A stretch of DNA of 64,000 nt from the NCBI RefSeq assembly GCF_006345805.1, contig NC_043007.1:18538001-18602000 (forward strand), in the 5' to 3' direction. Source of the stretch: Octopus sinensis (lineage: Eukaryota). Position numbers and translations under genes: made by a program. Below are positions 25,468 through 38,107 of the stretch, in pieces. Below the pieces are notes generated by a model. It saw nothing but the letters and a program-made list of their open reading frames with translations. It was not told where the DNA came from and did no database searches. The first letter of the stretch is position 1. Every line of letters starts with the position of its first letter.

Positions 25468-26257
25468 CATCATCATCATTGTTTAACATTCGTTTTCCAT
25501 GCTAGCATGGGTTGAACGGTTCGACTGGGGTCTGTGAAGCCAGGAGGCTGCACCAGGCTCCAGTCTGATCTGGCAGTGTTTCTACAGCTGGATGCCCTTC
25601 CTAATGCCAAACACTCTGTGAGTGTAGTGGGTGCTTTTTATATGCCACCGGTACAACAGACTTTGACACAGTTTCCATCTACTAAATTCACTCACAAGAC
25701 ATTGGTTGGTTCAGGACTATAATAGAAGACACTTACCCAGGTGTTGTGCAGTGGGACTGAACCTGAAACCACATGGTTGCAAAGTGAGCTTCTTAACCAT
25801 ACAGCTATACTTGCACTTATAAAGGATCTCAGCTGAGAAATGAGATAGAAATTAAAAGTTGTCTCTTAATATCCCCAAAATATGTTATATGACTTTATAT
25901 ATTTTTGTCTCTTTTTCTGTTCTAGTTGTCCTAGCATAACTCTTCCACCAAAAGGTGACCGTTTTAAAGTAGCCCTTCCATATGCTGGTTGTTTTGTAAC
26001 ATGTAAGTAATATTTCATTTATATGAGTTCATATTACCTGATTGATTTTAAGTTTTTTAATTTTTTTTTTTTTCCATATTTGTCTTCACATGAGAGACTT
26101 TAATGGTTGCAGTTGGTACAATGAGAATTTTGAAACCAAATAATAATGTTTAAGTAAAGTTTTGTATTTGTGTTTCTGAATGGTTGATATGTTTTTCCAT
26201 GCAGTAATTGTGTTAGTTTCAATGCATGGTCTCTCATCAAATTACTTGCAAGAGAAG

Positions 26258-26289
<32 letters not shown>

Positions 26290-29200
26290 GTTTAACGTCT
26301 GCTTTCCGCACTAGCACGGGTTGGCGGTTCGACCGGGGTCTGGGAAGCCAGGGGCTGCACCAGGCTGCAGTCTGATCTGGCAGTGTTTCTACAGCTGGAT
26401 GCCCTTCCTAACGCCAACCACTCCGAGAGTGTAGTGGGTGCTTTTTACGTGCCACCTGCACAGGTGCCAGGGGGGGTCTGGCATCGGCCACGATCGGTTG
26501 GTGCTTTTAACGTGCCACTGGTACGGAAGTCAGCCAAGGCGGCGCTGGCATCGGCCACGTTCGGATGGTGCTTTTTATGTGCCACTGGCACAGGGGCCAG
26601 TCAAGGCGGGGCTGGCATCAAAAATTTTAAAGTCTTGGTTTTAAATAAATTTCACAGCAATATCATCATCATCATCATTTAACGTCCGTTTTCCATGCTA
26701 GCATGGGTTGGATGGTTTCACCGGGGTCTGGCAAGCTATGGAGGCTGCACCAGGCTCTAGTTTGATTTGGCAGTTTTTCTACTGCTGGATGCCCTTCCTA
26801 ACGCCAACCACTCCGTGAGTGTAGTGGGTGTGTTTTTATGTGCCACCGGCACAGGGGCCAGAGCAGGCTGGCAAACGGCCACAATCGGTTGGTGCTTTTA
26901 AGTGTCACCGACACGGACACCAGTCAGGCGGCGCTAGTATCTGCCACCTTCGGACGGTGCTTTTTACGTGTCACCGGTACGGGTGTCTTAACTACAATCT
27001 CCAAACTAGAATTAATTTTTTTTCTTTTTTTTGGTGAAAATTAATTCTTCCAATTCTCTGTCTAATTATTCTGCACCCCATCTGCAGAATGTCATTCTTC
27101 TGGAACTCCTTTCTTATCCCCCCTTTTTTTTGTTTTTTTAACTTACAGATGTTCAAACTGAACATCAACCATATGAATCTAATCAGGTAACCAGCATTCA
27201 ATGGCTGGCAATCGTCATGACTACTGCCCCTCTTTTTTGCTTAACCCTTTCGTTACCAACCCGGCTGAAACTGGCTCTGGCTCTGTAATACAAATGTCTT
27301 GTTTTCATAAGTTTTGAATTAAAATCTTCCCCCAAACCTTGGTCACAATTTATGTTCCTAACACTAGCTGAATGATAACAAAGTTATTTCACTAAATTCT
27401 TTGTTTATATTTCAAGTAATTGAAAGAAACCGGGAGCATCTCAAAATAAATACAGTAACGAAAGGGTTAAAGCATAATAAAAGAAAAGTGCCTGAATAAT
27501 TTCTTTCCCTTATTTACTTCATCTGCATTCTTTCATTCTTTTAATGTTCCTTTTCCATACTAGCATGGGTCAGGGTTATTTTAAGTGGTAGGATGTCTTC
27601 AACTTGAATTAACTTGAGATTAGAATTTCTTGAAGAACTTGATTGTGGGGACTGGTGCTTCAAGCAAGCTTGGTAGTGCAATTTACATTCCATTCAGAAC
27701 ATGGCCCTGAGTTGGACCCTCTACCATTTTCCAAACATTGTATTTAATTATAAAAGTATAATGATCTTGTACAATTGTAGGGGAGGTGCTGTTTGATTGC
27801 AACCATCCAGATGATCCTCCAGACTTCATCTTTGATGCTGACCAGAAAGGATTTGCTCCAGAATTAGAAACTATTGAGGTAAGAATCCAATCCATTATTT
27901 CACCTTTCTCTTTTGTCTCTCATATTGACCAGTAACTCATTGAAGCTTTTAGGCTCCACCAAACAAGATGAAAGACAGTGCCTGTGGTTCTTTTATGCAA
28001 GATGAAAGGCAGTACCTGTAGTCCTTTTATGCTAGATAAAAAGAAGCATGGGCATATGGCGTAGTGGTTAAGAGCACGGCTACTAACCCCAAGATTCTGA
28101 GTTCGATTCCAAGCAATGACCTGAACAGTAACAATAAAAAGCAATAATAATAATATCGAAAAGTACCTTAGGAATGAAAACCCAGGTTTGAAATTTCCCC
28201 AAGACACCTGAAGAAGGCTGGAGGGTATATCAGCCGAAATGTTGTGTTAACAACAAACAAGGTGAGGACAAATATCCATCGAATGTAAATAATGTACATA
28301 CTTCCTCATCTCTTAAATATAGATCAATAAGTTTGGTGTGTCTGTATGGTTTGTCCAGTTAGTAATTTGAAAAATATGAATAAACCAAGAATTCTTGAAA
28401 GGTAAGGATACATCAGAATATTTCCCAACTTGCAGGAAGATTTAAACTCAACACTGCAAGCTAATAGAACTCATGTCAGTTATGCCATATACTCTCCAGC
28501 TTTGCGCAGGCTTGGGTTAGATGTAAGAAAATCCTGGGTAGCCCAATCGTCAGGATTCCTCTCTTGACCTTGCTGATGTCGTCCAAAGGAGTTCAGAGCA
28601 TTACGTTTGGCACCAGCTTGGTTGCAGGAGCTGCCAGAAGAGTGTCAAGTCGAACACTAAACCGTCTACGGGGCTCTACTCCAGATTTCTTTGAAGGTTG
28701 TCTCCTTTCCGTAACCCTGGATAGGGGCCCATAACGGGTACTGTCAGCCAGAGCCAGCTGAGCCCGGGACTCGTGTTAGGCAGGGTCATCACTCACTGAA
28801 GTAGTGAAGAAAATTGCTACCCACTACCTACATATATATATTTCTAAAAATTTTCTATATATATATCATCATCATCATCATCGTTTAATGTCCGTTTTCC
28901 ATGCTAGTATGGGTTAGACGGTTCGACCAGGGTCTGGGAAACCAGGAGGCTGCACCAGGCCCAATCTGATCTGACAGTGTTCTACAGCTGGATGCTCTTC
29001 CTAACGCCATATATTTCTAAAATTTTCTATATTTGTAATAATTCAGCTCTTGTATTTTTGTCATTTCAGTCTCTCATTAACTGGGATCATTACAAAGCTT
29101 CATCACTTTTGATAGTTCTCCAAGAATTACTTGGCAAATACCGCCTTTATCAACAGCAGCTAGTTGAATCTAATTATCGGTTGAAGTTTGAGTATGAATC

Positions 29201-32200
29201 CTTACTGGAACACACAGATGTGAAACCTGAAGAGGTGGAGATGCATATCTCAAGGACAGAAGTAAGCTACTCTTTTCTCCTTTTCTTTCTTTCTTAATTT
29301 AGCTTATTAAGACTGTGTCAGAGAATTTCAGACTGACTAAATTGAAGTATGGCAGCAAGTTGGCAGAATCGTTTGCACGTTAGATAAAATGCTTAGTGGT
29401 ATTTCTTCCATCTCTTCATGTTTTGAGTTTGAAATCGAAATCAAATTTGATGAATGGCATCGTGCTAGTGGAGTGCTAAGAGCACCATCCAAGCGTGATA
29501 GTTGCCAGAGCAACTAACTGGCTTCCATGCTGGTGGTATGTAAAAGGGAAGCATTCGAGCGTGATCATTACCAGCGTCGCCTTACTGGCACTTGTGCTGG
29601 TGGCACGTGAAAAAACATTTGAGCAAGGTCGTTGCCAGTGCCACTGGACTGGCTCTTGTGCAGGTGGCATGTAAAAAACACCTTTTGAGCGTGGCCGTTG
29701 CAAGTACTGCTTGGCTGGCTCTCTTGCCAGTGGCATGTAAAACCACCCACTACACTCATGGAGTGGTTGGCATTAGGAAGGGCATCCAGCTGTAGAAACT
29801 CTGCCAGATCAAGATTGGAGTCTGGTGCAGCCATCTGGTTCGCCAGTCCTCAGCCAAATCGTCCAACCCATGTCAGCATGGAAAGCAGATGTTAAACGAA
29901 GATGATGATCATGATGATGAGTTCAGATCCTGCTCAGGTCAATATTTGCCTTTCTTCTATTTGGTGGGGGTCAATAAAATTAAGTACCAATCAAGTACTG
30001 GGAGTCAATGTAGTCACTCTGTCCCCTCCACTCAAATTACTGGATTTGAACCCTGCATTTGACTGGTGTCTTGTCCCTATGGAAACCAGGTAAGCAACCT
30101 CATGAGAACTAGGGCTCATGAAAAATAAAAACAAAAAAACAGTGGTGTTCTGTTGTCTTTCACAGGTGAATTAGATATTTTGGAATACCAAATTCCATAC
30201 CCATCTTATTCTTTTTCTTTTGAAGCCACTTTCATTTGTAACATCAATCAATCATCATCATCATCATTGTCATTGCCATCATCATGATCATCATTTAGCA
30301 CCTGTGTTTTATACTGGCAGGGTTTGATAAGTGCATTTTTCATTGATAATAAATTCCATGTCCAATCATCCAGACTTCAGTTCAAATCACACAAAAATTT
30401 AATCAGCATCAGAAAGTTAAAGAGATTTATATGTAAAAATTTTCTATGTCAGAATGATTTGAATCTTGTAAATTCAGGCTGGAAATTGCTGAAAATGTTT
30501 TGGTTTATATATTTTGTTTTGTTCCTTCTTTCTTCAGAACCAAGCTGTTGGACCTGTACACTTTTTAATAAAAATGTCTGTTGATTTTTCTCGGATACCA
30601 TCATATCTTACAAAGGTCAGAATCTTTTTGCTCTTTTTTAACTGGTATTTTGGAAAATTATTTCATTCATAGATACTAATTACCAATGTATGCACATGAC
30701 CCAGTGGTTAGGGTGCTGCACTCATGATCTGATCATAGTTTTGTTTCCCAAACTAGCAATGCATTGTATTCTTGAGCAAAACACTTCATTTCACATTACT
30801 CCAGTCTTCTCTGCTGTAAAATTGGTAACCCTAGGAGGTACTGGCACCTTGCTCAGGAGGAATGTTGGTCTCTTCCCTTATCCAGTGGGGTGGCATCATT
30901 TGAAAGCTACAACAATACAAGGAAGTGCATTGTAACCAGCGGTGTATAACATCTGATAGTCTAATCAACACTGTGATCATATCAATGTGATATTTAAGAG
31001 AGCTCAAACTTTATTGTGTGGGTGATATTCAAGCTATATATCCTCTTATTAGATGCTTTTTTTTAATTAAATTACTGCCTAACCAAAGCTTCTTCAAAAA
31101 CAAGATTTCTAAGATGGATTATTACTTTCTGTTTCTTGTGTTTCCAACTTCCACAGAAACCAAACAAAACATTTTATAGTTCTATATTTAAGAGATGAGG
31201 AATTATTTACATTCAACAAATATTTGTCCTCATCTTTGTTGTTAACACAACATTTTGGCTGATATACCCTCCAGCCATCTTCAGGTGTCTTGACTTCCTG
31301 CTCATAAGTCACAAGTTCAAATCATCTGCTAGCATTTTGTAGTGTTTCTTAGTAAAAAATTTTTTTTTTTTCTGTGGATTATTTCACTTCACCTAGCTGT
31401 CAGTAATAAGCTCTATATTAAAAATTTGAGAATGTTATCTTTAACGGCTCAACATCCTATCTTTGGAAAGATTTATGTTTTAATACTGAAAATACAAGAC
31501 AGAACTCTACTCTTAAACTATGTCAGCAAGGCTTATATTACCTCTCGCACTAATCCTCTTAATCCTTGTTTGTTAGGATGATCCTGGTGAAGACAATGCT
31601 GTCCTACTACTGATGTTCCCTTATCCAGGAGCCCCCACAGTTAATCCACAGCTTCATCTGTCACCACGTGTCGAAAAGTAAGGAAAAATACCTACTTCTA
31701 TTCCTTTACATCTTCTGCTAAGTGATTTTTTTTTTAAAGATCCATTCTTCTAGCTTTGATTGGATACCAGTGCCAAATATTTGCATAAAAGTGCATTGGC
31801 TGCATATTACATTGCACCAGCACCAGAAGGGTTGTCATATCTATGGCAAGATTAAAAGTCCTCTCTACCCTGTGTTGTCTCTAAAGTATCATTATATAAA
31901 TATATATATCATCATCATCATTTAACGTCCACTTTCCATGCTGGCATGGGTTGGACGGTTTGAATGAGGACTGGTGTGCCAGAGGCTGCACCAGGCTCAA
32001 TCTGATCTGGCAATGTTTCTACAGCTGGATGCCCTTCCAAATGCCAACCACTCTGAGAGTGTGGTGGGTGCTTTTACATGCCACCAGCACGAGGGCCAGT
32101 CAGGCGGTTCTGGCAATGACCACGCTCAAAAGGTGTTTTCTACATGCTACCTGCACAGGAGCATATATAACTAATGTAGGATAAAACTTTTTTCGGGAAA

Positions 32201-35200
32201 AATATTTTATCAATGGCCAGCATATCAAAAAATACCTTTAAAGGTTAAATTTATACACAATTTACAAGATAAGGGCAAAAGAAAAATTCTAATACCAAAT
32301 ATGCCAAAACAAAAAATTGTCGATAACCATTATAATTATGTATATATATATATATATTATATATACACACACACACAGAGCGAGTGAGAGAGGTATTTGG
32401 AAAGGATAGAAAAATATTGTAACATTACCTCCAGAATCTGAACACTACATCTGCTGTATGCATGTGAGTGTGTTTCTGGTAGTAATAATGCTACCTTTGT
32501 TAATAATGAATTGTTGTCCAACTTGCCAGATATTTGCAACACCAGTGACTGATTAATCAGTGTTTTTCTGTGTCAGTAGAAGGGAAATTTGTCTAAGCAT
32601 GCAATGATAGTAGATGATGCGTAAATATGCAGAAATCTCATGATCTAGCAGTTCCCTTGCTGCTCTTGGATATTTTGTGTCTGCTACTGATACATCTTTT
32701 TAGCTGTATTTGTATACATGATGCTTTTTTAGTATATATATATATATATGTACACACACTTTTTGTATAATTGAAGAATTGCTTGGAGGCATGAGGCACA
32801 ATATAAATCTGTCGATTGTGTTTCCACAGCATGAAACTAATAATAGTTCGTTTTAAGTACTGTGTATATTAAATGATATATATATGTATAAATGTGATAT
32901 ATGTATGTATGTATCTTCCTTTATAAGGAACATAGTTAATTTTCTTCTTTAAACCATGATCCAAAGGGTGACTGAACCAGCTTTACTATAATCACCAATT
33001 CTAATTTTTTTTTACTTTAACAAACACGGAAGGCAAAACTGCCTCTGACATGCCTCACTGTTTAGAAATCAGAAGAGTAGTTCCTGTAGAATAAATGATA
33101 AATCAAAAGAAACCCTTATTATTTCTTTATTTACTATTTTGATTTCATCTTTCATTCACCAGCGCTTTGGGAGGTTCAGCCAACCTGAGAATCCCACCAT
33201 TTCCAAATGGAGGTGTTCTCATTGACTATGTACCAAAGGTAAACCAGCTGTTAAAAAATAAGGTAAATATTAATATATTTGTAAACTTACAGTCTCTTTG
33301 CAAGCATAATCTTTGTTTTAACTTAAGTTTGCATTAAACAACACAAAACTCAGGTTAGCGTTAGCCTATAAATATGTTGGTAGGAACACATAAAAAAATA
33401 TAATGTTAGTATTAACTCACAAATAAACCTAATATTGATATTATCTTACAGATAGACCTAATGCTAATATTAGTCTATACATAAACTTAGTGCTAGTAGT
33501 AGTCCATAGATAAATATAAGTCTGTATTATCCCATCTTTGTCTCTTCGTCGCTCTTTTCAAGCCTAGCCAGGCTCATGGGCCCAGTTTCCTGGTTTCTGT
33601 GGCGTATGTGTTCCCCACAGCTGGACGGGGCGCCAGTCCATCACAGCATTACTCAAGAAACAGGAAGAGAGAGTGAAAGAAAGTTGTGGCGAAAGAGTAC
33701 AACAGGGGTTGCCACCACCCCCTGCTGGAGCCTCGTGGAGTTTTTAGGTGTTTTCGCTCAATAAACACACACAACGCCTGGTCTGGGAATCGAAACCACC
33801 ATCCTCCAACTGCGAGTCCGCTGCCCTAACCACTGGGCCATTGAGCCTCCACGTATTATTCCATACGTAAATCTAATGCTATATTAACCCATAGTTAAGT
33901 ATAATGATTGTATTAACTTTTAGATACATTTAATGGTGCTATCAACTCAAGGAAAATCTAATGCTTTGTATTAGCTCACACATAATTTTATTGTTGGCAT
34001 TATCCTAAAATAAAACCTTAGATTTGTATAGACAGGAAGAAGAAAGCAAATTCTTCTTACTGTATTTGTTGGCCTGTTAGGTGTACTGTAATTTCAGCTG
34101 TACATATTTAGGAAAAGTTAGTTTCAGGGACAAAATTAATTCAAGAGAGGTTTAACTTTACATATATGACCCAGGGTGACTTTTAGAGGCATTTTGGTGG
34201 AGAAAAAGTGTCTTATATGCCATCAAATTTAATAGCCATTTTGATACCAACATGCTCTAGATTGCTCCTGGTTCTACAATACAAACATCATGTTTTAATG
34301 ATCCAATTCAAAACCCTTAATTTATCTCCCAGTTTAATAATGACAGAATGACATTACTAAATTCTTCGTAATTTTCAAAATTAATTGAAACAAAAGTTGA
34401 GTATTTGAACTGGTGTAGTATTGACATCCTAAAAATAGTAATGAGATGTTTGGTAATGTTTCAGGTGGAACAAGTTGTACAAAGTTATGAGAAAAGGAAA
34501 GAATATATAGCTTCTTTCTTAAGTCATTTTGCAAGGTATGTTGGCTTTTCTTACCGTTCTTCATTATTATGTAACAGACAAAAGCAGTGAACTGGCAGAC
34601 TCATTACTGCACCTGACAAAATCTTTAGTAGCATTTCTTCCAACTTGACGTTCTGAGTTCAAATTCTGCTGAGATTGACTTTGCTTTTCATCCTTTCAGG
34701 ATCGATAAAATAAGTACTAGTTGAACACTGGGGTTGATTTAATTGACTTAGCCATTTCCCCCCAAACCTGCTGACTTTGTGTCAAAATTTGCAACCGTTA
34801 TTATGTAACAAAGGGGACGAGCTGGCAGAATCATTAGCACACCAGATAAAATGCTTAGTGGCATTTCATATCCATCAATACATTCTGAGTTCAAATTCCG
34901 CTGAGGTCAGCTTTGCTTTTCATCCTTTCGGGGTCAATAAAATAAGTACCAGTTGAACACTAAGGTCAATATAATCAACTTTCCCATCCTTCAAAATTTC
35001 TGGCCTTGTGCCAAAACAAGAAAGGATTATTATGTTACATATGAGGCAAGTGTTTTGACTTGTATTTTTACCAGTCATTTAATCTTTTAAATTGAGTATT
35101 TAGTGGTGTGGGTACAATCTATATTACTATAATTTTTTGTTGCTTAGTCCCTGATCTAACAGAACTATGATCTAAGACAGGCATGGGCAACCATTTGCAA

Positions 35201-38066
35201 GAAATGGGCCACATGAGGTGAGTGTGTTAAATTATAAGGCACAAAAAGAAAATGACTCTCCCCAGACACAACAGAATATGCTTCAACATATGAACTCATA
35301 TAACGAATCTTGAAAACCAAATCCCAAAACGAAACTAATAAAGACTTCCTTGTAACTATTAGATAGGGTTCATTGGGTCTTGTATGAAAAAAGAGAACCT
35401 TGTCCCAGCCAGTGCTTTAGAGCAGAACTTTCCAGGCACAGATCTATAGTTTTATGGAACATAATGGAGGCCCCACTTTTTTAGGCTGCAAAAATAAATT
35501 GTCCTCACTTTTTTGTATTTCACAGATCTTTAATAGAATATGATGCTGAAGGGTTCTCCCGAATTTCATTTCTTTTTGAATGGAATGATTTCTTTTTCAT
35601 TTTTGAAGGTAAGCCACATCATTTTTTTCAAGATGTATCTTTTTACAATTTCAGCATCATCTGATATTCCTCGAGAATAGCCAAACTGGTGGTGCTCCAG
35701 TATGGCCACAACCTCAAGGCTTTAACATATAAAAGAATACTCATTCAGGAGAGATGAGCAACACTTCTCCCACAAACAAACCTTCCACATACATGTATGA
35801 CATCTCAATTCACATCCTTCCATTATTTCCATTTGCACAACCACTACTTTGAAACCGTGCTCCTACTGCTGGTTGTAGAAGCAAGGTTTGTAACACCAAC
35901 CACTCTTCAGAGTGTACTGGGTGTTTTTTATTATGGCACCAACACTAGAGTGGTGTCATATCCTTGACAAAACTAAAGGGCCTCTATAAGCTTACATTTT
36001 TTTTGTGGCACCATCACTAGAGCTAGAGAGGTAGGCATGTCCTCCTCCTCATCATCGTTTAACGTCCGCTTTCCATGCTAGCATGGGTTGGACGATTTGA
36101 CTGAGGACTAGCGAACCAGATGGCTGCACCAGGCTCCAATTTTGATCAGGCAGAGTTTCTACAGCTGGATGCCCTTCCTAACACCAACCACTCCGTTTCG
36201 ATTACCAGACCGGGATTTGTGAGTGTTTATTGAGCGAAAACACCTAAAGCCCCATGAGGCTCCAGCAGGGGTTGGTAGCGATCCCTGCTGTACTCTTTCA
36301 CCACAACTTTCTCTCTTTCTTCTGTTGGCCTGCTTGCTTAGCCAGCGGGGTGGCGTCATTTGAAGGCTAAAACAATACGAAGCGCACTGTGACCAGCGAT
36401 GTGTAGCAACATCTGATAGCCTGATCTGCACAGTGATCACGGTGATATATATATATATTGCGAATATTTAACAGGAGCAGCAGAGTGGCTAAAGGGCTGA
36501 GAACTTTGTGTTACAATTTTATAGGATATAAATTTACATACCAGTGATAATGGTATTTCTCTGGACAATTCTGGAACAAATTTTTAAAGCAATTACAATG
36601 TCAATTCAATGAAGAATATATCAGTATTGAACTCCTTTTTGAGCTCCATGTGTCTAACACACATGTAGGTATGCCTACAAAGTCAGAAAACAGTACAGCT
36701 CCCATGACTTTTGGCAACATTTTTTTTACACTCAGAGTTGCCAAGGCATGGAATAAGTTATCTGCATCAGTTGTTAGTCTTCTTCTTCTTCCGATCAGGA
36801 CTCACGCCATTAGCCACAAAGAATAATCTCTAATTCGAGCCTACTCTAAGCTACTAAGAATGCGTGTGGCAACTTGAAGATCCACCCACCACATGCGATA
36901 GACTGGTGGTTGCACGGGCGCGAAAGCTATGTTGTTATCCTCATTCCGTAAATGGTAGATTTTAACGGGTGGAGAGCTGAACCATCCTGGGGTACAGAGG
37001 ATTCACAATCTAGACTAGGGTCTGAAAGTTTACCACACCATTGTGGGTTACACCATGGTTCCTCTGCTTTGTGGAAGAAGTAGGAAGAAAGAGTGAGAGA
37101 AAGTTGTGGTGAAAGAGTACAGCAGGGTTCACCCCTACTGCCGGAGCCTCGTGGAGCTTAGGTATTTTTTTGCTCAATAAACACTCACAATGTCCGGTCT
37201 GGGAATCAAAACTGTGTTCTTACCACCGTGAGTCCGCTGCCCTAACCACTGGGCCATTGTGCCTCCACTCAGTTGTTAGTTGCTGAGACATTGCATCCTT
37301 TCAAACCTCCATGCTTCCTGGAATTTGCCAATAATAAACACACACTCTCCCCTTTGTCTCTCTCTCTCTCTCTCTCTCTCTTATTAATTTGATCACATAT
37401 CAGCAGACTTCCATCTCTTTATATCTTTCTCTCTGCAGCTGAGCTATCTTTGTACTTTCCTCGCGAGGCACCCGTTTTCACATTCCAGTCCATCTACCAT
37501 GAATCAAAAGGACGACCATATACAGAAACAAAGAAAGACTACCCGTACAGTCCACGGTGGAGCGGAAACGAAATGGCTGAACGTGCAAAGTAAGTGAAAC
37601 AAATTAATTACTTTGGTAACGAATAAAATTAGTCTATGAAATCAAAAAGGCAATGTAACCATTTTCCAATTCAAATTATTCTTTTAACATCTGGTATTAA
37701 AAACTGGCATACAGTTTAGCAAGATTGTCTTTTATTTCGATATCAGATCGTTCAATACAGAATCATACATGGCTGTGTCTTTTATCTTTTTATTGTTTGT
37801 CATTGCACCGTGACCATGCTGGAGCATCATCTTGAGTTTATTTGAATGAATTTGCACCAGTATTTATTTTTAAGCCTGGTGTTTATTCTATTGATAGCAT
37901 TTGCTGAACCACTGTGCTACGGGGATGCAAACATACCAACTCTGGTTGTAAAGGGGTGGGGGTGGGGGTAAACACAAAGGCACACATATACATTTATGTA
38001 ATATATATATATATATATCATACACATATATATATATGTAATATATATAGATAGATAGATATACAT

Positions 38067-38107
<41 letters not shown>

